This document shows positions 1-11,514 of a stretch of 64,000 bases of DNA, one piece after another (position 1 is the stretch's first letter; the number at the start of each line of letters is the position of its first letter). The position numbers were made by a program, and so were the translations under genes. Source of the DNA: Dehalococcoidia bacterium (GTDB lineage: Bacteria; Chloroflexota; Dehalococcoidia; DSTF01; WHTK01); the NCBI GenBank assembly GCA_965197795.1, contig OZ240228.1, forward strand, positions 2,893,177 to 2,957,176, given 5' to 3'. The notes under the pieces are model-generated. The model saw only the letters and a program-made list of their open reading frames with translations, searched no databases and was not told the DNA's origin.

Positions 1-39
1 CTTGAAGGTCTACCCGCGACTGGCGAGGAAGCTGAGCGG

Positions 40-846
40 CTAGCCCTCCAGGAACGCCAGCACGTCGGCGGAGAACTTGTCGGGCGCCTCCTGCGGCACG
101 CCGTGGCCTACGCCGTCATAGACGATGAGCTTCGCGTTGGGGATGTTGTCCTCGAGCTCGTGGCCCATCGAGACGTCGTTGGTCTTGTCGTCGGAGCCCC
201 AGAGCACCAGCGTCGGCACCGGGATCCACTTCAGCCGCCGCATGGTGTTGTAGCGAACCCGCGTTTCGGGGTTCGTCATGTGCTTCATCACCTTGGCGAA
301 GCCCTCGACGTGCTCGGCCTTGCCGCGCTTCTCGATGTAACCCTGCACTGTCTTGGCACGGTCCTCGTCGGACATGCCGCGCCCGGCGTTCTTCTGGATG
401 TCTTCCTCGCTCGGCGGCTTCCAGTCGACCATCGAGGTGAGCGGACGCGCCTGAGTGCCGCCGGCTGCCACGAGCACCAGCTTGTTGATGCGATGCGGGC
501 TTTCGTAGGCGAAAAGCGTGCCCAGCCAGCCACCCATCGAGTGGCCGACGAAGTTCACCTTTTCGTAGCCAAGCGCGTCGATGATCTCGCGGATGTGGTC
601 GACCATGTAAGCGAAAGAAAACTCCTGGTCGAAGATGTCGCCCTTGCCGAAGTTGAGGGCGTCTATGGATATGACGTGGAGCTTCTCGGCCAGCGGCCTG
701 ATCACGCCCAGCCAGTTATCGGCGCTGCTGAGGAAGCCCGCCCCATGCACCAGAATCGTTGGGTAGCCGTTGCCCGCCTCAAGAATGCGACTCTTGCCGT
801 GGCTCAGATCCAGAAACCGCTCTTCGATCTGCACGTCTACTGCCAT
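40..846 (-). CDS. alpha/beta fold hydrolase (MhpC/BphD-like)
   Basis: VHGAG oxyanion motif, GHSMGG nucleophile elbow, C-terminal WGSDD and GHG catalytic Asp/His; SD AGGAGG upstream. Confidence 0.88.
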   Translation of the reverse strand: MAVDVQIEERFLDLSHGKSRILEAGNGYPTILVHGAGFLSSADNWLGVIRPLAEKLHVISIDALNFGKGDIFDQEFSFAYMVDHIREIIDALGYEKVNFVGHSMGGWLGTLFAYESPHRINKLVLVAAGGTQARPLTSMVDWKPPSEEDIQKNAGRGMSDEDRAKTVQGYIEKRGKAEHVEGFAKVMKHMTNPETRVRYNTMRRLKWIPVPTLVLWGSDDKTNDVSMGHELEDNIPNAKLIVYDGVGHGVPQEAPDKFSADVLAFLEG

Positions 847-995
847 GTTGAATCCCCTCCTTCGGCGACTAGCGCCGCGCTACGAGGTGAGCATGTCCCC
901 CGGCTTCGTCACTGTCAACACGAACCGGCAGCAAGACCGGCGAATTCGCTGTGCAATAATCCACGCATCGATAGCATTCAGTCGAGGAGGCAGAA

Positions 996-1547
996 ATGGC
1001 GCGCATCGATCTAATCACTTCCAAGGACCAGATCGGGGATGACCGACACCACGAGTACGACGAGATCATCGGCGTCCTGGGGAATGTCGGCGGACCCTTT
1101 GGCGTCCTCATGCACAGCCCGGGACTCGCCGAGATGGTCTGCAAGACCGGCGCCCACGTTCGCCTGCAGAGCAGCCTGACCATGGTCGAGCGTGAGCTCT
1201 GCATTCTCACGCTCTGCCGCGAGCGGGACGCGGCGTACGAGTGGGGATCCCACGTCGGCACCGCACGCAAAGCCGGTATGCGCGAAGAGGCCATCGAGGT
1301 GATGGGAAGCGGCGGCGATGCCAGCGGCCTGGAGCCGGACGAGCGCGATATCATTACGTACTCTCGGCAGCTCCTCAACAACAACAAGGTAGACGACGGC
1401 CTCTTCAACTCGATGCTGGCGCGTCATGACGCACGCTGGATGGTCGAGATTACGGCGACGCTGGGTCAGTACTCCTACATCTCATGCATCAACAACGCAT
1501 TCGAAATGACGCGAGAAGGCGCCGAGGCGATGCCCGCCAGGAAGTAG
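996..1547 (+). CDS. carboxymuconolactone decarboxylase / AhpD-like family protein
   Basis: GPFGVLMHSP, RELCIL and YEWGSH motifs; SD GAGGAGG before ATG. Confidence 0.8.
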   Translation: MARIDLITSKDQIGDDRHHEYDEIIGVLGNVGGPFGVLMHSPGLAEMVCKTGAHVRLQSSLTMVERELCILTLCRERDAAYEWGSHVGTARKAGMREEAIEVMGSGGDASGLEPDERDIITYSRQLLNNNKVDDGLFNSMLARHDARWMVEITATLGQYSYISCINNAFEMTREGAEAMPARK

Positions 1548-1602
1548 CGGCGCTGCACGCCGGGGTGCTTGTCGCCATGTCACAATCGGGCATCGGCTTG
1601 GA

Positions 1603-1613
1603 TGCCGTATAAT
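1603..1613 (+). promoter_or_regulatory. sigma70-type -10 element upstream of typA
   Basis: Perfect TATAAT at 1608-1613 in the intergenic gap of a GC-rich genome. Confidence 0.55.
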
Positions 1614-1698
1614 GTAGTTCGACTTACGTCAACAAGTTGAATCGATGCTCCCTGGGCTGCAACCCGGCCCGGGGAGTTTTAATGATAGAGGACCTGAT

Positions 1699-3513
<1,815 letters not shown>

Positions 3514-3582
3514 CCGCTTCCCACGACTCCCGCCGGTCACGTAGATTAGGCATACTCCCCGTCTTTCACACAGGAGGCGAAC

Positions 3583-3927
3583 TTGAGTACGTATCGCATG
3601 TATACCGGCGCGGACGGCAAAGCGACCTGGGAGCAGATCGACCTCGACAAGCAAGCCGACTGGCTGTCGGGAGTCGACACCACCTCCATCCGCTTCGCCA
3701 GCCGGACTCCGGGCGTCATACAGGACTGGCACCCGGCACCGCAGCGCCAGTTCGTCATCATCCTGTCTGGTTCGCTCGAGATCGGCTTCGAGGACGGCTC
3801 GAAGAGGGTCTTTGGTCCCGGCGACGCCCGCCTCGTGGAGGACACGACCGGCAAAGGGCACACGACCATCGCCCTCGGTAACGAGCCGTGTATCACGGCC
3901 ACGGTCGGGCTCAAAGACCAGGGCTGA
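3583..3927 (+). CDS. cupin-domain protein
   Basis: DWHPAPQRQFVIILSG...E and EDTTGKGHTT cupin motifs; TTG start behind AGGAGG. Confidence 0.82.
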   Translation: MSTYRMYTGADGKATWEQIDLDKQADWLSGVDTTSIRFASRTPGVIQDWHPAPQRQFVIILSGSLEIGFEDGSKRVFGPGDARLVEDTTGKGHTTIALGNEPCITATVGLKDQG

Positions 3928-3969
3928 AGCCACTCCGGGGTTAGCGCGGCGCTTCGCCAGGAGGCAAAC

Positions 3970-4794
3970 ATGCCAACCGCTCACGTCAACGGGACCGACC
4001 TTGCCTATGAAGACGTAGGTCAGGGCTTCCCCCTCGTCCTGGCTCACGAATTCGCCGGCAGCATGGAGAGCTGGGCGTCCCAGGTGCACTACTTCTCGCG
4101 CTTCTACCGCGTCATCACCTACAACGCGCGTGGTTACCCGCCCTCGGGCGTTCCCGCCGACGCGGCTGCGTATAGCCAGGACAGGGCCGTCGAGGATCTG
4201 CACGGGTTGCTGCGATCCCTGAACATTGAGCAGGCGTTCATCGGCGGGCTATCGATGGGCGGGTCGACGACACTGCATTTCGTCATCCGCCATCCGGAGA
4301 TGGCGCGGGCGCTGATCGTGGCCGCGGCAGGCAGCGGCAGCACGAACCCTGAGGAGTCCCGGGCGACGTGGAGACAGCTCGCGGACGACCTCGAGTCAGA
4401 GGGCGTGCCCGCTTTCGAGCGCTACGGCTCGGGCCCGACGCGGGTTCAACTGCGCCGCAAGGACCCGACAGGTTTCGATGAGTTCATGTCCCTGCTGACG
4501 TCGCACTCGACGTCGGGCTCCGCCCGTACGATGCGCGGCGTGCAGGCGACCCGTGCGCCGATCTTCGAATCGGAGCGTGAGATGCAGGCGCTACAGGTCC
4601 CCACGCTTGTCCTCACCGGCGATGAAGACGAACCGTGCATCGAGCCTTCGCTGTTTATGAAGCGCAACATCCCGCATTGTGGCCTCGTCGTCTTCCCGCA
4701 GAGCGGCCACACGATCAACCTCGAGGAGCCGGCGATGTTCAACAGCGTCTGCGCCGAGTTCCTGCACGCGGTGGAGGCGGGCCACTGGGCCTGA
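3970..4794 (+). CDS. alpha/beta fold hydrolase
   Basis: HEFAG, GLSMGG, GDED and SGHTINLEEP motifs; SD AGGAGG. Confidence 0.9.
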   Translation: MPTAHVNGTDLAYEDVGQGFPLVLAHEFAGSMESWASQVHYFSRFYRVITYNARGYPPSGVPADAAAYSQDRAVEDLHGLLRSLNIEQAFIGGLSMGGSTTLHFVIRHPEMARALIVAAAGSGSTNPEESRATWRQLADDLESEGVPAFERYGSGPTRVQLRRKDPTGFDEFMSLLTSHSTSGSARTMRGVQATRAPIFESEREMQALQVPTLVLTGDEDEPCIEPSLFMKRNIPHCGLVVFPQSGHTINLEEPAMFNSVCAEFLHAVEAGHWA

Positions 4795-4958
4795 GGCTCA
4801 AGCACACTGCTCGACGAACTTAGGACCTGGTTGCGCCCGCGAGCGGTCCGGCGTCTCTGGACAAGCCGGCGTGGGGTCATCCACCTACGAGGCGAATCGC
4901 TTAAGATCGCATCTCGACCCTCTCGCCATCATCAGCAATCCATCGCAAGGGGCAAGCG

Positions 4959-6215
4959 ATCTCCTCCACGTCACGTCAAGAAGACAACGAGGCAGCGGTC
5001 ACGGCTACGTCGGGCCGCGGGACCTTCGCGGCATTCTCGGCGCCCCATTATCCCCGTCTTTGGGCCATTGGCTTGCTGTGGAGCCTCGGCCGCTGGACCG
5101 GCATCTTCCTCTCCAGCTACCTGGTCAACGATCTGACTGGGTCGCCGTTCCTGGTACAGATCGTGGGCGCCGCGTTCTTCGCGCCGATGTTCTTTACCGG
5201 CGCGCTCGGTGGCGTCATCTCAGACCGCCTGGACCGCCGACGAACGCTTCTCGCCGTCGTCACGCTTGTGATCCCGGCGTCTATCCTCATGGCGACGTTC
5301 AACCTCTCTGACAGCATCGAGATCTGGATGGTCTATCCCTACATGCTGGTTATCGGCATCGGCAACATGGCGGACATGACGAGCCGGCGACCCCTGGTTT
5401 ACGACATCGTCGGGCCGTCGAGGCTAACGAACGCGCTTGCACTCGAAGCGCTCGCGATGACGACCGGCGCGCTGCTCGGAGGCATCGCCGGCGGCTCGAT
5501 GATCGGCTTTCTCGGTATCGGCCAGGGGTTCGCGCTCGTGGCCGTCCTCTACATGGTCTCGCTCGTCCTCCTGCTCGGCGTGCCGGCGCCCGGCGTGAAG
5601 CAGCGAGTTGGCCCGATGCCCAACGTCCTCCAGGATTTGCGCACTACGCTTGCCACCGTACCGCGCAACGCAACGCTGGTTAGCATCCTGGGCGTGACGA
5701 TTCTGATGAACGCTTTCTACTTCCCTTTCACGCCAATGGTGCCGGTTTTCGCCGAGCAGTTGGACGTGAGCGCCTTCTGGGCGGGCCTGCTGGCCGGCGC
5801 TCCTGCCGTCGGCTCGATTGGCGCGACCTTCTTGATTGCCCGCGGGTTAAGGATCACTCGCGGCCACGGCTACGTCGGCGGCACCATGTTGGCGATGGCT
5901 TTTCTCGGCGTTTTCGCCGCGGCGAGCTGGTATCCGGTGGCGTTGATTGCATTGATGATCGCCGGGCTGGGGCACGCGGGTTTCGCGACGATGCAGAGCG
6001 CCCTTGTGATGACGACCGCAACCGACGCGATGCGCGGCCGAGCTCTCGGCGTGATGAGCATGTGTATCGGGATCCTTCCCTTCGCCATGCTGAGTTTGGG
6101 CGCCGCCGCGGAGCTCCTGGGGCCTTCCGTGGGCGTCCTTTCAGGTGTCGTCATCGGGCTGACGCTGATGGCCATATGGAACCGCTGGCGCCCCGAGTCG
6201 CACCGACAGCCTTAG
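4959..6215 (+). CDS. MFS transporter
   Basis: Many hydrophobic helices and motif A GVISDRLDRRR. The frame extends upstream of TTG 5073 through GTFAAFSAPHYPRLW to ATC 4959 behind AAGGGG; start uncertain. Confidence 0.85.
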   Translation: MSSTSRQEDNEAAVTATSGRGTFAAFSAPHYPRLWAIGLLWSLGRWTGIFLSSYLVNDLTGSPFLVQIVGAAFFAPMFFTGALGGVISDRLDRRRTLLAVVTLVIPASILMATFNLSDSIEIWMVYPYMLVIGIGNMADMTSRRPLVYDIVGPSRLTNALALEALAMTTGALLGGIAGGSMIGFLGIGQGFALVAVLYMVSLVLLLGVPAPGVKQRVGPMPNVLQDLRTTLATVPRNATLVSILGVTILMNAFYFPFTPMVPVFAEQLDVSAFWAGLLAGAPAVGSIGATFLIARGLRITRGHGYVGGTMLAMAFLGVFAAASWYPVALIALMIAGLGHAGFATMQSALVMTTATDAMRGRALGVMSMCIGILPFAMLSLGAAAELLGPSVGVLSGVVIGLTLMAIWNRWRPESHRQP

Positions 6216-6291
6216 GCCGCATGAGCCGTACCGGCGCGAGAGTTGCTACACTCATCCGCACGCGCTGGCGCTTTAGTCATGGAGGCTTGCT

Positions 6292-7248
6292 ATGACGAAA
6301 CTCGGAATGTTGCTCCACCCGGAACGCGGCATCGATGCCGTCTTTGAGGAGGCAAGGCTCGCCGACGAGCAGGGCTACGACTCGATCTGGCTCGGCGACC
6401 ACATCATGGCCCACGGCGAGGGCAGCCGCCCGGACCTGCCCTTCGATGCAATGACCTTGATGATCGGGCTCGGGGCTGCCACGACTCGAGTGCGCCTGGC
6501 GTGGAGCATGCTGAACGTCAACTTCCGCTACCCGGCGATGCTCGCGAAGGTGCTGTCGACGTTGGACCAGATGACCAAGGGCCGCGTCATCTGCACCCTG
6601 GGCTCCGGCTCGGTTCCCGCCGAGCACAAGGCTTACGACATCCCGATCGTGGAAGACCACGACGGCCGGGTCGCCTTCACACGCGAAGTCGTGCTGCTAC
6701 TCAAGGAGTTGTGGACCCACCCGGCGCCGGAAATGGTCAGCTTCGAGGGCTCAAGGGTCCGCACACAGGACCTCGGCTTCGCTCCCGCGCCGTTTCAGAA
6801 GCCACATCCGCCTATTTGGCTCGGTGGCGAGTCCGATGCCACCGTCGACATGGTGAAGGAGCTGGCGGACGGCTGGGTCATGCTGACGCGCGGCAGCGAG
6901 GATCGACTACAGCAGGTGCTGTCTCAGCCGGACTGGCCGACGCGGCCGATGACTATCGTGCGCCAGATCCGCATGTTCACGGCTGAGGATCGTGAGACGG
7001 CTGTCGCCGAGGCGAAGGCATCGTTCGAGCGAAACCCGGTCGGCGTTGGCGGCGCCGCCACTGACCTTGACGCCTTTATCGCCCGCGAGATCGTCGGCAC
7101 ACCGGACGAGTGCATGACGCGCATCCGTGAGCTGGAGGCCGAAGGGCCGAACTACCTTCGCCTCACCTTCGACAGCCTGGACCAGCAAGAGCGCGTGGCT
7201 CGTTTGATCTTGCCTCGTCTGTCGGAGACAGTGGCGGCGGTCGGCTGA
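6292..7248 (+). CDS. LLM class (luciferase-like) flavin/F420-dependent oxidoreductase
   Basis: GYDSIWLGDH, ATTRVRL, PFQKPHPPIWLGG and IVGTPDEC motifs. Confidence 0.9.
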   Translation: MTKLGMLLHPERGIDAVFEEARLADEQGYDSIWLGDHIMAHGEGSRPDLPFDAMTLMIGLGAATTRVRLAWSMLNVNFRYPAMLAKVLSTLDQMTKGRVICTLGSGSVPAEHKAYDIPIVEDHDGRVAFTREVVLLLKELWTHPAPEMVSFEGSRVRTQDLGFAPAPFQKPHPPIWLGGESDATVDMVKELADGWVMLTRGSEDRLQQVLSQPDWPTRPMTIVRQIRMFTAEDRETAVAEAKASFERNPVGVGGAATDLDAFIAREIVGTPDECMTRIRELEAEGPNYLRLTFDSLDQQERVARLILPRLSETVAAVG

Positions 7249-7269
7249 CTAACTGCAAAACGCAGCAAC

Positions 7270-7298
7270 GGTCGACGGTCGCTCTTCGACCGTCGATC
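7270..7298. terminator. stem-loop between convergent LLM and ggt genes
   Basis: GGTCGACGGTCG-CTCTT-CGACCGTCGATC inverted repeat; no U tract. Confidence 0.55.
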
Positions 7299-7305
7299 CG
7301 AGGCC

Positions 7306-8940
7306 TCAGTAGCCTACGGCGGCTCCGTCCGAGCGCGGTTCGCTGCCCGCCATGTAGCTGCCGTCCGGCAGGCGGCGGATGATCTGGCCGCGACCGCCGT
7401 TTCCGTTGAACTGGTTCTGCGTGTCAGCAAGTTTGACCTGGTGACCGCGAGCCGCGAGACCGCCGACGATCGCCTCACCTGCTGACGGCTCGATGACGAC
7501 CTCCCGTCCTCGAAGCCAGCGCCAGCGCGGGGCATCCAGGCTGGTCTGGGGATTCATGCCATAGTCGACCTGGTTGACGACCATCTGGAGATGGCCTTGC
7601 GGCTGCATGTCGCCGCCCATGACGCCGAAAGGTCCGACAGGCTCGCCACCCTGGGTCAGGAAGGCGGGAATGATCGTGTGATAGGGCCGCTTGCCCGGAG
7701 CGACGATATTCGGGTGTCCTGGCTGCAACGTGAATCCAAAGCCCCGGTTCTGCAACGAGATGCCGGTGCCGGGTATCACGATGCCGGAGCCGAAGCCCTG
7801 ATAGTTGGACTGGATGTAAGAGACCATCATCCCATTCGAGTCCGCGGCGCAGAGGTAGACCGTGCCGCCCTTGGGTGGCTCGCCCGGGCCCGGATCGAGG
7901 GCGCCTTCCCCGATCAGGGCGCGCCGCTGCGCGACGTACGCCGGGTCGAGCAGGCCGGTCACGGGCACGTCCGCGTGGTCGGGGTCCGCAACGTAGCGAT
8001 GAGCGTCGGCGTACGCCAGCTTCATCGCTTCGATTTGGAGATGATAGCTCTCGATGGACTCGCGCGGATGGGCGCCCAGGTCGCAGCCATCGAGGATGCT
8101 AAGGGCCTCGAGAGCGGCGATGCCCTGTCCGTTGGGCGGGATCTCCCAGACGTCGTAGCCGTGGTAGCTGGCGCAGATCGGCTCCACCCAGGTCGAAGTG
8201 TGCGCTGCGAGGTCTGCCTCGGTCACGAAGCCGCCTGTCTCCGACGCAAAGGCGGCGTAGCGCCTGGCGAGCTCCCCCTTATAGAAGGCCTCGGACTTCG
8301 TCTTGGCGATCAGTTCCAGCGTCGTCGCGTGGTCGGGCAACGTCCACCTGTCTGCGGCCTGGGCAATCCGGCCGTTCGGAGCGAACGTCTCGAACCAGCC
8401 TCGGAACTCGGGTCCGATGTTTTTTTCTTTGTAGTTACGCTGCGCGCCGCTCCAGGCCATTCCGCTTTCGGGGCCCAGCGGGAAGCCGTTGCGGGCGTAA
8501 TCGATGGCGGGTTCGAACACCTTCGGGTAGTCGAGCCGTCCGAAGCGCGCGTGCAAATCGCGCCACGCGGCGGGTGCGCCGGAAACGGTGACCGCCAGCC
8601 AGCCTTTCGAAGGAACCTGGCTGTGGCCGTGCTTGGTAAACAGCTCCGGCGTGTGGGCGGCCGGGGCTCGGCCGGAGCCGTTCAGGCCGTGCAGCTTATC
8701 GCCGTCCCAGACTAGCGTGAAGGCGTCTGAGCCGATCCCGTTCACCCAGGGTTCGACGACGGTGAGCGTCGTGGCCGCCGCGATCGCCGCGTCCACCGCG
8801 CTACCGCCGACTAGCAGCATCCGCAAGCCGGCCTGCGCCGCGAGCGGATTGCTGGTGGCAACCACGCCGTGCGGCGCGAGCACCGGCATGCGACGTGACG
8901 CGTAGGGAAAGTCGGTTGGTAAAAGGTTGTTAGGCAGCAT
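7306..8940 (-). CDS. ggt: gamma-glutamyltransferase family protein
   Basis: GGSAVDAAIAAA, NGIGSDAF, autoprocessing site GG/TVYL, KRPYHTIIP, GVMGGDMQPQG; no signal peptide (cytoplasmic type). Confidence 0.93.
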   Translation of the reverse strand: MLPNNLLPTDFPYASRRMPVLAPHGVVATSNPLAAQAGLRMLLVGGSAVDAAIAAATTLTVVEPWVNGIGSDAFTLVWDGDKLHGLNGSGRAPAAHTPELFTKHGHSQVPSKGWLAVTVSGAPAAWRDLHARFGRLDYPKVFEPAIDYARNGFPLGPESGMAWSGAQRNYKEKNIGPEFRGWFETFAPNGRIAQAADRWTLPDHATTLELIAKTKSEAFYKGELARRYAAFASETGGFVTEADLAAHTSTWVEPICASYHGYDVWEIPPNGQGIAALEALSILDGCDLGAHPRESIESYHLQIEAMKLAYADAHRYVADPDHADVPVTGLLDPAYVAQRRALIGEGALDPGPGEPPKGGTVYLCAADSNGMMVSYIQSNYQGFGSGIVIPGTGISLQNRGFGFTLQPGHPNIVAPGKRPYHTIIPAFLTQGGEPVGPFGVMGGDMQPQGHLQMVVNQVDYGMNPQTSLDAPRWRWLRGREVVIEPSAGEAIVGGLAARGHQVKLADTQNQFNGNGGRGQIIRRLPDGSYMAGSEPRSDGAAVGY

Positions 8941-9004
8941 GTTCGTTCCCTCTAGGTTGAGCGCGGCCGAAGCAGTCCCGAACCGCGCTGATCTGTGACG
9001 CTGG

Positions 9005-10306
9005 TTAGGACTCGGTCACGGCGGCTATTGGTTCCGGCTCCTGGTAGAGTCCTGGCCTCATGGCGTCCAGCCACGCTTCATCCCGCGCGACGACCTTTTC
9101 GATCGCCCTCAGCTTGTAGTAGCTCGGCTCCAGGCCCGGCGGGTCGCCGCCGGCTTCGACCTGCTTCACGGCCTGCAGCAAGATACGCCGTGAAGTGATG
9201 ATCGCGCGGTCGGTCGTGCCGAGGTGCTCGTAAGTGCGGTCCGTGACCGGTCCCATGCTCTCCTGAACCGCGCGATCCTGGGTGTTCGTCCCTTTGATCC
9301 CGCTGAAGGTCTGGGTTTTCTGGACCGTGCGATCGATCATGTAGCGATTGCGACCGTTTCGAACCGAACGGAAGCCGTTTTCCGGGTCTATGTCCACGCC
9401 GAACTGGTTGCCGGTACCGACCAGCAGCCTTTCGTCTTCGCTGAGTGGTTCGCTGCCGTAGGTGAAGGCGAAGTTGTAGACCATGGTCTGTTCATCGTCG
9501 ACCGGTACCCACATGTGCCCGTTGACCATGGGTTTCGGCGGGTCGACCGTATAGCCCCGTAGCTGATACCACGGCATCACCCAGTGGTAGCCGCGTACGA
9601 ACTTGTCGCCATCCGGCAGATTGCGGATGCCCGCGTACGTGTAGCCGTAGCTCGTCGGCACGACGTCGAGCTCGGCGGCGCGTGAGAACGCCGTCGCACG
9701 GCCTCGCACCGTGTTCGGTCCCTGCTCAACTCCTTGCATTCGGCCGTAGTGCAGGAAGTTGCTGTGCACCGTATCGATTCCGCCCTCCAGCGCCTGGAGC
9801 CAGTTGCTGTCCTGCAGCACCTTTGTCATGCCGCGGTGCGATTCTGGAGCCTGAGTCCACTCGAACTTTGGCAGCGCCGGCTGCTTCTGCGGCGGTCCCA
9901 TGTAGGCCCAGACGACCCCGCCCAGCTCGACCGTCGGGTAGGCGGGAATCCGAACCTTTTCCTTGAAGACGGAGGCCTCAGGTTCCGAGGGCATGTCAAC
10001 GCAGTGGCCCTCAACGTCGAACTTCCAGCCGTGATAGATGCACCGCAGGCCGTTCTCCTCGTTGCGACCGTAGAAGAGGCTCGCCGTGCGATGCGGACAA
10101 CGCGCGTCGACCACGCCGACGCGTCCGTCCGTTTGCCGAAAGGCGATCAAGTCCTCGCCCAGGAGACGCACTTCGACCGGCGGGCAGTCTGGCTCGGGTA
10201 CTTCCCACGTCAGCAACGCCGGAACCCAGTAGCGTCGCATGAGGTTACCCATCGGAGTACCAGGCCCGACGCGCGTCAGTCGTTCGTTGTCTTCCTTGGT
10301 CAGCAT
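9005..10306 (-). CDS. Rieske non-heme iron oxygenase alpha subunit (phthalate 4,5-dioxygenase/LigX-like)
   Basis: CPHR...CIYHGW Rieske ligands; EGGIDTVHSNFLH and QD mononuclear Fe site; GPGTPMG N-terminus. Confidence 0.92.
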   Translation of the reverse strand: MLTKEDNERLTRVGPGTPMGNLMRRYWVPALLTWEVPEPDCPPVEVRLLGEDLIAFRQTDGRVGVVDARCPHRTASLFYGRNEENGLRCIYHGWKFDVEGHCVDMPSEPEASVFKEKVRIPAYPTVELGGVVWAYMGPPQKQPALPKFEWTQAPESHRGMTKVLQDSNWLQALEGGIDTVHSNFLHYGRMQGVEQGPNTVRGRATAFSRAAELDVVPTSYGYTYAGIRNLPDGDKFVRGYHWVMPWYQLRGYTVDPPKPMVNGHMWVPVDDEQTMVYNFAFTYGSEPLSEDERLLVGTGNQFGVDIDPENGFRSVRNGRNRYMIDRTVQKTQTFSGIKGTNTQDRAVQESMGPVTDRTYEHLGTTDRAIITSRRILLQAVKQVEAGGDPPGLEPSYYKLRAIEKVVARDEAWLDAMRPGLYQEPEPIAAVTES

Positions 10307-10348
10307 GGAGTCGTCCCCTTTTCGTCGGCCAAAAGACAGATTACGACA

Positions 10349-11431
10349 TTAGAGGTCAGGCAAGATGCTGACGTGAATCGCCGGCTCGCCACGGCCGGCC
10401 ACGGTTTCGATCGCCTTCCCAGCTTCGGCCAATCCGAATACGTGGGTCGAGAGCTCGACCATCGGAAGCTGTCCCGAAGCCAGGAACTGGATCGCGAGCT
10501 CAACCGACTTGTAGGAGTGGCCGTTCGCCTGCTTGAGTGCCAGCTTTCGGCGGACAAAATCGCCGACGTTCACCGCTTGTTTCCCGGCCGCGGCCAGCAC
10601 GATGTTGCAGCGTTTCGCGGCCACAGCGATGCTTTGCTGGACGGTGCCCTCCCCGCCGCCGGTGACGTTCACGACGACGTTGACGCCCTCGCCGCCCGTG
10701 TAATCCATGACTCTGGACACGACGTCCTCGTTTTCAACGTCGATCACGTAATCAGCCCCTAGCTTCAGCGCCATCGCCAGGCGATTCGCGTCGCGGCTCA
10801 ACCCGGTGACGATTACGCAGGCGGCGCCGACCGTCTTGGCGGCGAAGGCCGCGGCGAGTCCTTGCTGACCTGGACCCTGGATCAGCACTGCGTCGCCCAG
10901 ACGCAGCTCGCCATACTCGTAGGTCCACTCTATGCCGTTGGACAGTGGTAAGAACATCGCCGCGTGGGCGGCTGGAATGCTAGCTGGCATAGCGTGAATC
11001 ACCGCGTTTGGATGGACGTAAAGGTACTGGCTGTAACCGCCCCACAGCGAAGGCGGGACCTTCAACGAGGTCGTGCCGTAGCGCAGTGCTCCACTGCGGT
11101 CGGTCTGATCGCAGAAGCGGAAGTCGTCGGAGCGGCACCACTTGCAGACACCGCAGGGCACGTACTCCTCGAGCGCGATCCGGTCACCCTCGGAGAGCTT
11201 CCAGCGCTGGCGCGCCGCGTTGCCGATGCGGGCAATGACGCCCACGTTCTCATGGCCCAGTATCTTCGGCCCGTCGGCGAGCCGGCGGGAACCCTCGATG
11301 TCGCTGCCGCAGATGCCGCAGGCTTCTACCTTCAGCAGGGCCGCGTCATCCTCGATGGCCGGCAGTTCGATCTCCTGGAGGGCGAACTCCTGCGGTCCGA
11401 CGAGGACGGCGACTCGGGATGTCTCAGTCAT
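10349..11431 (-). CDS. zinc-dependent alcohol dehydrogenase (MDR family)
   Basis: CGICGSD, GHE, CGVCKWC...C structural Zn, GPGQQG Rossmann motif. Confidence 0.9.
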   Translation of the reverse strand: MTETSRVAVLVGPQEFALQEIELPAIEDDAALLKVEACGICGSDIEGSRRLADGPKILGHENVGVIARIGNAARQRWKLSEGDRIALEEYVPCGVCKWCRSDDFRFCDQTDRSGALRYGTTSLKVPPSLWGGYSQYLYVHPNAVIHAMPASIPAAHAAMFLPLSNGIEWTYEYGELRLGDAVLIQGPGQQGLAAAFAAKTVGAACVIVTGLSRDANRLAMALKLGADYVIDVENEDVVSRVMDYTGGEGVNVVVNVTGGGEGTVQQSIAVAAKRCNIVLAAAGKQAVNVGDFVRRKLALKQANGHSYKSVELAIQFLASGQLPMVELSTHVFGLAEAGKAIETVAGRGEPAIHVSILPDL

Positions 11432-11514
11432 CTGGTGCTCCGTCTTTGCGCATTAAACCACGCGAAATCGCGACTTTCGACTAAAGTATGCGGAGAAAGT
11501 AGAGGAGGCGAGCG